Shown: piece after piece, positions 36,481-44,290 of the stretch | How the letters are laid out: each line of letters opens with the position of its first letter | Position numbering within the stretch: the stretch's first letter is position 1 | IMG/VR virus record: IMGVR_UViG_3300020045_003367 | Coordinates: 1-44,290 of that record | Reading direction: 5' to 3' (one strand) | Origin: a virus | Lineage: Duplodnaviria; Caudoviricetes | Length of the DNA: 44,290 bases | Translations under genes and position numbers: made by a program | Notes under the pieces: model-generated | The model's input: the letters and a program-made list of their open reading frames with translations, nothing else | Database searches by the model: none | Told to the model about the DNA's origin: nothing

Positions 36481-37164
36481 TCAGTTTTCAAACTTTTTAA
36501 TTGGATTGATACTTACCGTGAAACTATACTTATAGAGCACTCCAACTTCTTTGATATTGAAGTTCTTATACCCAAGGAAGCATTCTATACCTACATTTCT
36601 TAGGTATGTGTAACTAAACTTATCTAAGTGCTTAGTTCTCACAGCAGTATACACATACATTACAGTATATGCAATGAATGACATGATGTTTCTTACAATC
36701 TCAGATATCTTAAACATTTGACACCATCTGAACATCATATACACCTTGCCACTTTCACCAATAGCCTCACTGTAGCACCAACCTTCTTTACCTACTCTAT
36801 CCTCTGTATATCTATTACCAGCCCACACATACGAACTAATAACCTCATTCACTCCCATGCTAAGTGCTAGATTATGAATAGTGTTCCTAATAGCTACCCA
36901 ATTGTACCTAGTCTTCATATCAAGTTTTTCATACTTTCGTCTGTAGTAGATATCACCATCTACACCATCCTCAATATTACCAAACACAGCATCAATCCAC
37001 TTATCCTTGAATCTCAACGCTGGTCTGCTAGTCTCATTGGTACACTCGAACTCTTCCACCCGCTTCAAGAAGAGGGGTAGTATTAACATACCTACTACAG
37101 TCATCAGTAGTTGAAACACAAGCAGCACCAATGTCTTAAGCACAAATACTAAGTACTTCATCAA
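36481..37164 (-). CDS. Phage membrane/envelope-type hypothetical protein
   Basis: N-terminal TM, N.EDG.DGD and W.AIRN..HN motifs. Confidence 0.65.
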   Translation of the reverse strand: MMKYLVFVLKTLVLLVFQLLMTVVGMLILPLFLKRVEEFECTNETSRPALRFKDKWIDAVFGNIEDGVDGDIYYRRKYEKLDMKTRYNWVAIRNTIHNLALSMGVNEVISSYVWAGNRYTEDRVGKEGWCYSEAIGESGKVYMMFRWCQMFKISEIVRNIMSFIAYTVMYVYTAVRTKHLDKFSYTYLRNVGIECFLGYKNFNIKEVGVLYKYSFTVSINPIKKFEN

Positions 37165-37484
37165 TTAGCTCCTTTTAGAAATAATTTATATTCTTCTCTT
37201 TTATTTATTACTGGCCATTTAGAGCTATCTTTAGGAATTAGTTCTAATCCCAAATCATGTCTAATTTTATAAGTTTCTACCCAATCAGTTTTAACTAGGT
37301 ATAACTCAGCTTCTTGCACTTTCTCTTGTAGCAATTGTGCTTCTGTCTTGATTGGATTGATGTGCAACTCAGCTTCTTCATCTGTCATCGATACCATATC
37401 TTTACCATAACCTTGAGTTACTTGCTCGTTATCATATGCATAGACTTCATTGCCTTGTCTAAAATATTTCATTATGTTCTCCAT
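37161..37484 (-). CDS. Tail fibre assembly chaperone-like protein
   Basis: MKYF...EVYAYD and A..YL..TDW motifs; downstream of a fibre gene; real start may be the second Met. Confidence 0.6.
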   Translation of the reverse strand: MENIMKYFRQGNEVYAYDNEQVTQGYGKDMVSMTDEEAELHINPIKTEAQLLQEKVQEAELYLVKTDWVETYKIRHDLGLELIPKDSSKWPVINKREEYKLFLKGAN

Positions 37485-38188
37485 TATCTTAATTCAAACC
37501 AAGCAGCAGCCGTAAATGAGCCAGAAGCAGATTCGATCTTATACGTAGCACCGGTAGGAACCTTTATAGCAAGTCCACCAAAAGTAGTTGGAGAATTGGT
37601 CGCCATTAGAGGTATTGAAACTGAGTTTATTACAATATTTACTTGGATTGCTGCAGTACTAGAATACCCATATACAGCTAACTCAATAGCTTTACCTGTA
37701 GTATTGGTGTAAGTAGTACCGGTAACCCTACTTGTTGTAACATTCTGCCAAGTGCCCGCACTTTCACTGACTCTTCCATTTACTGTAGAATACCCTTTAA
37801 CTGTCGCACTAGAAACTCCAGCGGTTCCTGTTGGTGTTGCACCTAGTGTAAACACTATTGTTGTAGTTGTAACATCGGTAACCAATTGAACACCATTTGC
37901 TGCATACGTTGTTGCAGTTAATCCTTGTATCTCAATACAGTCACCAGCAATAAATGTATGTGCTGCTACATTGAGTGTAATTGTTGTACCAACATAGCTC
38001 CATGACGTAATAGTCACAGGTGTACTCTTATAACTAGTATCCTTATGATTACCTGCGTACTCCTCAGTAGCTAACACACCACCTTCTTTAGGTACTACCA
38101 CTGGCATATTACCAGTAGCACCATCCTCAAACGTTATTACAGCTACCTTCAAATCATTAGCTTGAAGTAGCATGTTACCTGCTGCCAT
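37484..38188 (-). CDS. Tail fibre protein
   Basis: Thr-rich; WQNVT.SR..GTTYTNTTGK.I...VP.GATY...WFELR distal fibre motif. Confidence 0.75.
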   Translation of the reverse strand: MAAGNMLLQANDLKVAVITFEDGATGNMPVVVPKEGGVLATEEYAGNHKDTSYKSTPVTITSWSYVGTTITLNVAAHTFIAGDCIEIQGLTATTYAANGVQLVTDVTTTTIVFTLGATPTGTAGVSSATVKGYSTVNGRVSESAGTWQNVTTSRVTGTTYTNTTGKAIELAVYGYSSTAAIQVNIVINSVSIPLMATNSPTTFGGLAIKVPTGATYKIESASGSFTAAAWFELR

Positions 38189-38189
38189 C

Positions 38190-38504
38190 TTATACCTCCA
38201 ATTCGTTAATAATTAATCTAGCAGCAGCTCTACGAGTTAGTACTTCTTGTGGTATAGCTTTACCACTTGATGGGTCATTCAATCGTTCAACATACCAAGC
38301 AGTATCTGCTAAGTATTTCAACGCTTCTGCTATCTGTTTACTAATTTCTTGTTGAGTTAATTCTTCTTCTGTAAACTCTGGTTCAGGAATGTTGCCCTCC
38401 GCTAGCCATTGTTTATACTTTTCATAATCACCATTCCCGTTTGCGAATGGGATAATCGCACCATCTTCTAATCTTGTTACTGAGTTTTTATTTAATTTAT
38501 ACAT
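38190..38504 (-). CDS. Tail fibre assembly chaperone-like protein
   Basis: IP...N.DY..Y..WLAEGN.PEP and A..YL..T.W motifs. Confidence 0.65.
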   Translation of the reverse strand: MYKLNKNSVTRLEDGAIIPFANGNGDYEKYKQWLAEGNIPEPEFTEEELTQQEISKQIAEALKYLADTAWYVERLNDPSSGKAIPQEVLTRRAAARLIINELEV

Positions 38505-38514
38505 TTATTTTTCC

Positions 38515-39720
38515 TTATAATAGTTCAGCTGAAACTTCAGCGTTACTTAAATCAACCCAGTGACCTCCACTAACTATACCGCTAATCAGTAATAAATTAC
38601 CTATAGTTGTTGTCCAAGTCACTGGTATATCTGAAGTCCCGCCATTAAATGTTGGAGCAACTCTCATTGTAACTGGGTGGTTAAAAGGAGCAAACCAATC
38701 TTCATTTGTTGCTCCAGCAATACCAAAATCATACCTATACGGGCCATGTATCTTATAGTAGTACCTCTGACGAGCCTGAACCTCCCCACCAAATTCACCG
38801 TCATATGGATGCCAACCATCTGTTGCTACTGAACCATCCTCAATCTTAATTTCGGCAATATCGAACGTCCCTGATTGTTGCCCAAGACTTGCTGTTCTAG
38901 TATCAAAACTACTCCCAGCATCAAACCAAAAAGAAAGCCCTGTAAAACTTGTATGCACTCCATCTGTGCCTAACGCCTTACCAGCCAGTGATGGTAAGGC
39001 TACTGTTATACCTTTCCATTGCCAAGTGTTTGTTAGTTGTATGAGTTGGGAACCAATTCCAGTTATTTGGGCAGATGGACTTCCTCCAGAACCAAAACAT
39101 TGAGTAAATTCAACTGCAATGTTCTTAGTACTATCAGCCTTAGCCAATAATGACAGTGTCACCGTTTTCCCTGCCATCTTGTTAACATTCTCAATCAGTT
39201 GTGTTTTTTGAACAAAGTTGCCTGCGCCTGCCACACTGCTTACGACAGTTCTACTAAAGTTTTCAGCACTAAATAGCTCTCTTTCTGTATTTGTAGAAAC
39301 CATCCTACTATGTGTCTTAGTTGAACCACTGTGTAGGTTATAGCCTCTATTATCGCTTCCATATCCACTACTTGTTTGGCTTGTTGCGTACTCCCAACTA
39401 GAAAAATCACCGTTGATTAAATAGTTTTTACGTTGACCAGTACTCAGTGGTTTGCCATCTAAGTTAATAGCATCAAAATTACCTTGTACTTTACTTATCG
39501 TACCACCTGCAGGAACATATAAGGTACCTTGTATGTCTAACGTGCCGTCTACTTGCAAGTTTGGATGAACAACTGTTCTACCTGCTGGTATAGTAATACT
39601 CTCACCACTAGCAATTATACTAGGCATTGTCACTAATCCAGATGTGGAGTCTGGATTAGCATTAACCTTTTCTATCCTTTGTTTTTGCTTATCTGCATGA
39701 CTATAACTTACTGCATCCAT
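38515..39720 (-). CDS. Tail fibre protein with a carbohydrate-binding-like domain
   Basis: KNYLINGDF..W, Q.IE...GKTVTLS, IEDGSVAT, QRYY..MRVAPT. Confidence 0.75.
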   Translation of the reverse strand: MDAVSYSHADKQKQRIEKVNANPDSTSGLVTMPSIIASGESITIPAGRTVVHPNLQVDGTLDIQGTLYVPAGGTISKVQGNFDAINLDGKPLSTGQRKNYLINGDFSSWEYATSQTSSGYGSDNRGYNLHSGSTKTHSRMVSTNTERELFSAENFSRTVVSSVAGAGNFVQKTQLIENVNKMAGKTVTLSLLAKADSTKNIAVEFTQCFGSGGSPSAQITGIGSQLIQLTNTWQWKGITVALPSLAGKALGTDGVHTSFTGLSFWFDAGSSFDTRTASLGQQSGTFDIAEIKIEDGSVATDGWHPYDGEFGGEVQARQRYYYKIHGPYRYDFGIAGATNEDWFAPFNHPVTMRVAPTFNGGTSDIPVTWTTTIGNLLLISGIVSGGHWVDLSNAEVSAELL

Positions 39721-39721
39721 T

Positions 39722-41650
39722 TTATACTCCTACAAATACTGCTGATGTCAGAGCACCATTAGTATATGATAATGTTGTTGTACCTTTCAATACACTTGCC
39801 ACATAGTGGTTAATAGTTGTTAGATTACCTAATGTATAACCTAATGTTTCATAGTTAACATCTGTAGATGCTAGATATTGTATTTTAGTTAAATTACCAT
39901 TAGTATATACCATATTTGAAATATTCTGTGCTGCTAAGTACTTATCTGCTCTCGTTAAATTAACAGTATCTAAAAGGTTAGTAGTAGCTGTACTAACAGG
40001 TTTATTTGCATCGCTAGTATTATCTACATTACTTAATCCTACTTGTGCTTTTGTTACTGAATGTGGATTACTTACACTGGCAATATGGTTTTGAATATTA
40101 GTATTAGCTAGTTCATATTTATTTTCGTCTAAGTTTGACCTTCTCACATATAATGTTCCATTAATATGTGAGATAACAACAAATGCTAATGGTACCTTAA
40201 CACCAGTAATAGGTTCTATATTAGTTAATCCTCCATCTACAGTAGCATATAGTACATCACCTTGTGACCACATTGATGTATCAGTATGCCTTACTCTACC
40301 TTCTCTAGTAGTAAAACCATCTTCACCGGCTAATATATCTTCTGTGGTAATACCTAGTATATACTTGGCATCAACTAAATCCCACGGGGCAACAACTAAT
40401 ATACCACTATTACCTATACTACCAGTAACCATTACTACTGTTCTATTAGGAATTGTTATTGCTGTACCATTTCGTACTGGAGTAACTTCTTCTTGCCCAA
40501 TTTGAAGTGTTACACCATTTAAACATAAATCTAATGTTCTATCAGCTTGATTCCAGGCCATCTGACCAGCTACCGTAGGAGCTATGGTATTTGTAGTATC
40601 AAATCCTACTTTAGGTAATACTGTTTGAACCTCAGTTTTAGTATAAGCATCAGTAATGCCATAACCAGTTATAGTAGTAGGTTTAGCGGTTACCTCAGAC
40701 CAGGCTATTGATGTATCATTAGCATTAATAGTTAAGGTACCGTTAATATTATCATAAACTAAAGTTACATTTGTGCCTGCTTTAACTAAATCTACTACTC
40801 TTTGATTTGTATAATACTTATTAGTTCCCTCAGGTATATTTGTAGTTACTAAACTTACTACACCTTGTAACCCATTAATACTCATAACTCCAATAGTATT
40901 GAGCACTTTCCAGTTACTTAATGTTGTTGCAGGAAGAGCCGTTAGCATTAACGTAGCTTCAGTATCATTTCTATAACAGATATCTCCCAATGAGGCATTT
41001 AATAATAGCATTGAAGCTTCGTCATTAGCATAAAATATATCTAAAATATTAAGACTAGCTAAATAGGCGGAATTTATTTTTCCATCAGCCTCTAAAGGCA
41101 CATAACCATTAGGTACACCTTTATTAGTTAACTGTTCTGCTGTATTAATCTTAGATTTTTCAACTTCAGTAACAAAATTTTTATCTATTGTCTCAGTTAT
41201 TCTGACTGCACTTAAATTACCTGTAGTTATTTCATCCATTGAATGTTGATGTGCGGATGGTGTATATGAAGCAGGTTTACCTTGTAATTCTGCCCATGTA
41301 GCATAGTCAAAACCTGTATTACCTAAAGTATCAGTTTTTACAAACATAGAAGGGTTAAGTGAACCATCTATAATATTAGCTGGATGTTTAGAGGGATGAG
41401 TATAATTATTAGCATTATTAGCTATTCCATCTAATTTATCTTGGTCTGCTTGACTAAAGAGATTATCTGAAATATCAAGTTTACTATTAATAGCTTCCAT
41501 AATGCTTTCGGTATCACTATATGGAATAACTGAGGCATTAATAGGATTAACAGTAACTACTTGACCATTCCTAGTTTGCTGAACTCCAGTATTATCTGCG
41601 GATAACAATAAATCTTGCTTAGCTGCTAATTCTTTTTTAATAAATGCCAT
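39722..41650 (-). CDS. Proximal tail fibre/spike protein
   Basis: NANNYTHP, W.....KPTT..GYGITD, NPH.VTKAQVGLSNVDNTSDANKPVSTA fibre repeats. Confidence 0.75.
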   Translation of the reverse strand: MAFIKKELAAKQDLLLSADNTGVQQTRNGQVVTVNPINASVIPYSDTESIMEAINSKLDISDNLFSQADQDKLDGIANNANNYTHPSKHPANIIDGSLNPSMFVKTDTLGNTGFDYATWAELQGKPASYTPSAHQHSMDEITTGNLSAVRITETIDKNFVTEVEKSKINTAEQLTNKGVPNGYVPLEADGKINSAYLASLNILDIFYANDEASMLLLNASLGDICYRNDTEATLMLTALPATTLSNWKVLNTIGVMSINGLQGVVSLVTTNIPEGTNKYYTNQRVVDLVKAGTNVTLVYDNINGTLTINANDTSIAWSEVTAKPTTITGYGITDAYTKTEVQTVLPKVGFDTTNTIAPTVAGQMAWNQADRTLDLCLNGVTLQIGQEEVTPVRNGTAITIPNRTVVMVTGSIGNSGILVVAPWDLVDAKYILGITTEDILAGEDGFTTREGRVRHTDTSMWSQGDVLYATVDGGLTNIEPITGVKVPLAFVVISHINGTLYVRRSNLDENKYELANTNIQNHIASVSNPHSVTKAQVGLSNVDNTSDANKPVSTATTNLLDTVNLTRADKYLAAQNISNMVYTNGNLTKIQYLASTDVNYETLGYTLGNLTTINHYVASVLKGTTTLSYTNGALTSAVFVGV

Positions 41651-42429
41651 TAAAAAGCCTTTCTATAATTAATTGTTAATGACTCTGGGTTTGTAGTAGA
41701 GTTATATATGTTATCTTTTTTAATTTCTATAAGTTCTCTTTCATAAAAACCAAGTTCTTCCCCAGCTACAGCCCTATTTTGAGCATCCATATCATCTCTT
41801 AAAGCTTTACCAACTACATAAAATTTAATAGCGTTATCATATGTATCTATAATATCTAATTCATCCTCTATACTATCTACTTTATTAGGTTGTCTAATAT
41901 AGTATATTACTAATGAAGCTATAGAAGCTATACCAGATGTAATTTCACTAGGCTCAATTTCTATAGAAGTTACTATACCATATATATCTTCTAGCGTATA
42001 ACTACCAATGGCCACAGTTATACCTACTGGGTCTACACTGACATCTACAGTATCAGCTGGTATAGGATATATTCTTACTTTTCTTTGAGCTAACTTATCA
42101 TAAACTATATAGTCTATTCTAAGTGTAGAAGATATTTCATCCTCCCAGTTTTCTATTTTGCTATCCATAGTATCGTGACTAACTATAGGTAACTTATTAC
42201 CCTCAAAAAGTACTCTATCTAAAGCTAGACAATCACTAGGTAATGAATATAAGTATTGCCCAGGAATTATAGCTATAGTAGTTTTACCTTTTAGTATTTT
42301 AGTTTGTCTACATATATCTTTTTGTGCTTCATCTACTAGTCTTAATAATCTTTCTGTAGACCATCGTTGTGCAGCTTGGTCTGATAAGGTATCTCTAGCC
42401 TTTACAAGTATATCAGTTATTCTTGACAC
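41650..42429 (-). CDS. Head-tail adaptor (tubular A-like)
   Basis: I...R..L.D....RWS...L....EAQ..I and Y.LPSD; position after the capsid genes; GTG start with AAAGGA RBS. Confidence 0.7.
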   Translation of the reverse strand: MSRITDILVKARDTLSDQAAQRWSTERLLRLVDEAQKDICRQTKILKGKTTIAIIPGQYLYSLPSDCLALDRVLFEGNKLPIVSHDTMDSKIENWEDEISSTLRIDYIVYDKLAQRKVRIYPIPADTVDVSVDPVGITVAIGSYTLEDIYGIVTSIEIEPSEITSGIASIASLVIYYIRQPNKVDSIEDELDIIDTYDNAIKFYVVGKALRDDMDAQNRAVAGEELGFYERELIEIKKDNIYNSTTNPESLTINYRKAF

Positions 42430-42455
42430 CTCTAGTCCTTTATTAAACTATTTTA

Positions 42456-42479
42456 TAGAAGACTCCTCAGAGTCTTCTA
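42456..42479 (-). terminator. Hairpin after the capsid genes
   Basis: TAGAAGACTC-TGAG-GAGTCTTCTA on the minus strand; no U-tract. Confidence 0.55.
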
Positions 42480-42482
42480 AAA

Positions 42483-42872
42483 CTAGTTTGTATATTTACC
42501 ACTAGTAACTTCAATTTCATCATATTCAATAACAATTCTAATCTTACCTGTGGTACCTGGGGCATCAGCACCAGCAACAACTGTAACTTGTCCACCTGTT
42601 GCAAAATAGGTTTTAGCAAGGGTACCTTCTTGGATACCAGTAACACCTACAACTACTTCATTAGCTACTACTGTTGAACCAACTTTGATATCTACTGTAT
42701 CAGTAGCTGTACCAGAACCTGCCGTAACAATCGCATAAGCTGCTCGTACTACAGACTGAGCAGGAAGCGTAAAAAGAATATCACTCATTGTAGCTGAAGT
42801 TGTAATTTCTCCAGATGCAAAAAGAGACTTAGTCTTTTTTTGATTATTTTTATTTACAAAAGTTAAATCCAT
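42483..42872 (-). CDS. Capsid decoration/minor structural protein
   Basis: Small beta-rich protein immediately after the major capsid gene; AAGGAG RBS. Confidence 0.6.
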   Translation of the reverse strand: MDLTFVNKNNQKKTKSLFASGEITTSATMSDILFTLPAQSVVRAAYAIVTAGSGTATDTVDIKVGSTVVANEVVVGVTGIQEGTLAKTYFATGGQVTVVAGADAPGTTGKIRIVIEYDEIEVTSGKYTN

Positions 42873-42882
42873 TTATTACTCC

Positions 42883-44016
42883 TTATGCTTGAACTTGGAC
42901 ATCTACAAAGATGCTACCAAAGTTATAACCAGCAACTTTTGCTTTAGAATAGTCACTATTTTCTGCAAGAAGCTTAGTATTCTTAGCCCCGCACCATACT
43001 TCCATGGCTGACTCAGAAAATTTCTCAAAATCTGTTGCCTCATATTTATAATCAGGCATTTTACCCATACCTAATTGAAATGCGCCAGCTCCTAAGATAA
43101 GGCCTCTTGATTTAAGAGTATTAGCACCGTCAAAACCAGTCTCTCCAGACCATTTAGAGGTATCAACATCATATTTACGCATACCAGCAATCTCAACACC
43201 AGTATTATTATAAGCATAATAGCCATCTTCAAGAATTGCGCCAGTAGTTGAACCAAAGAATGAGCCACCTTCAACAATTACAAAGTTACCAACTTTACCA
43301 AGAACGCCTTTAAATAATCTGTTTTCGTTACCACGGATATCTGCGTCTCTAAACATTTGTTGTGCACCAGTAGATTTAAGTAACATATTCTTCATAGCTA
43401 CATCAACTACCATTAACCAGATAGGACGCCCATCTGCAGTCATAAAAGGTTGTAAAGGCATACGAGTTGTAATACCACTTGGATTTGTTGTAAATCCTGT
43501 ACCATCTTTAACTACTCTTTCAAGGTCTAAGAATTGGTCAAAGGTAAAGGTTGTACCTAGGTCAATACCAAACTCTGCCCCTTGTTGGCCTAAGTCAAAG
43601 TATGCTTGGTCAGATGAGCGAACCCATAGGTCTGCAAGTTTACTTCTAGAGTCTGAGTGTTCATTAATTGATAAGTCACCGATTTCTTTACCATCAAACT
43701 TAGTACCATTATCAACTACATATCTATAGTCTTCAACAATAACTTTATCTGAAAACTTTTTCTTTTGCTCACCGGTACCTTTTGCAGTAGCATTACCTTT
43801 AACAGGTTTACCACTTAGGTTACCATCCATATCAAATACAACAGTATGTCCACTGTCAGCAGTATCTGTATTAGCTTGTGTAATAATACTATCTTTAGTA
43901 GTACCTTTATAAGCTGACCAGAATGATTTCGCAGAAGCCTGAATTAAGCCTTCACGCATCCATTTTTTTCTAATTAGGTCAGAGCCGTAAGCTACTTTAC
44001 CTGTTCCATTTGGCAT
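42883..44016 (-). CDS. Major capsid protein (DUF4043/N4-gp56-like)
   Basis: GHTVVF....L.G.PV.GN...G..E, N.LF.G.LG..., L.LGA.A; 377 aa; follows the scaffold. Confidence 0.85.
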   Translation of the reverse strand: MPNGTGKVAYGSDLIRKKWMREGLIQASAKSFWSAYKGTTKDSIITQANTDTADSGHTVVFDMDGNLSGKPVKGNATAKGTGEQKKKFSDKVIVEDYRYVVDNGTKFDGKEIGDLSINEHSDSRSKLADLWVRSSDQAYFDLGQQGAEFGIDLGTTFTFDQFLDLERVVKDGTGFTTNPSGITTRMPLQPFMTADGRPIWLMVVDVAMKNMLLKSTGAQQMFRDADIRGNENRLFKGVLGKVGNFVIVEGGSFFGSTTGAILEDGYYAYNNTGVEIAGMRKYDVDTSKWSGETGFDGANTLKSRGLILGAGAFQLGMGKMPDYKYEATDFEKFSESAMEVWCGAKNTKLLAENSDYSKAKVAGYNFGSIFVDVQVQA

Positions 44017-44027
44017 ATTATTTTCCT

Positions 44028-44290
44028 TTAATAGACTTCATTTTTATAGCTACTAACTATATCCATGGATGTAGCTGCAGCACTAGGAGTAATTCCACCG
44101 CCAACTTTTCCTAGATTTGGCTGTTCCAAAGTTTTATGTACGTCGCCTATAACCTTGGGTGTTACCAAATAGTCATAAGTCTCTTGTAAAAACTCATCAA
44201 AACTAACCTGTCCAGAAGCTAACTTCTTAGCTATTCGTGGCGGGATGTCATCATCAGTGAGCTCGAACCCTGGATGCGTCGCCTTGAACT
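44028..44290 (-). CDS. Putative scaffolding protein, 3' part
   Basis: In-frame continuation ...SFDEFLQETYDYL...SYKNEVY, stop at 44030-44028. Confidence 0.75.
   Translation of the reverse strand, partial: FKATHPGFELTDDDIPPRIAKKLASGQVSFDEFLQETYDYLVTPKVIGDVHKTLEQPNLGKVGGGITPSAAATSMDIVSSYKNEVY
44198..44290. repeat. Terminal overlap, identical to 1-93
   Basis: Exact 93-nt match. Confidence 0.95.

Noticed and set aside
25292-43277. ORFs 25292..25531, 25786..25989, 29242..29433, 36874..37080, 37335..37712 and 43092..43277
   Set aside because: Antisense or out-of-frame within structural genes; no lipobox to support an embedded spanin
44198-44290. 93-bp terminal repeat as a biological direct terminal repeat
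   Set aside because: It falls mid-CDS in the scaffold gene and is best explained as assembler overlap on a circular contig
1-44290. Stop-codon recoding suggested by abundant TAG trinucleotides
   Set aside because: Genes tile densely under the standard code, and TAG, TGA and TAA all end genes

Overview
This window is an apparently complete, circularly assembled AT-rich tailed-phage genome of about 44.2 kb. Bases 1-93 are repeated at 44198-44290, and a scaffold-like ORF reads through that junction. The + arm (3126-23261) carries early genes, an iteron-rich origin candidate, a primase-helicase, a Dda/RecD helicase, SSB, family-A DNA polymerase, a nucleotide-metabolism cluster, ligase, VRR-NUC nuclease and an SF2 helicase. 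The - arm carries terminase, scaffold, major capsid, tail fibres, lysis genes, tail, ejection proteins and portal, in a podovirus-like arrangement. I recognise no integrase or RNA polymerase. Promoter and RBS style suggests a Campylobacterota host (inference). The best lead is a thymidylate-synthase homolog with Asp in place of the uracil-specifying Asn, fused to a 5'-3' exonuclease and followed by a divergent DHFR, a dCMP deaminase-DUF5664 fusion and MazG. This suggests a dCMP-methylation route, either to dTMP or to a 5-methylcytosine genome. Other leads are a stand-alone paralog of the primase C-terminal domain beside the iterons, a duplicated structured leader element, a candidate anti-SD small RNA, and strong GATC avoidance. 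All assignments come from motif reading by eye; no searches or computations were run.
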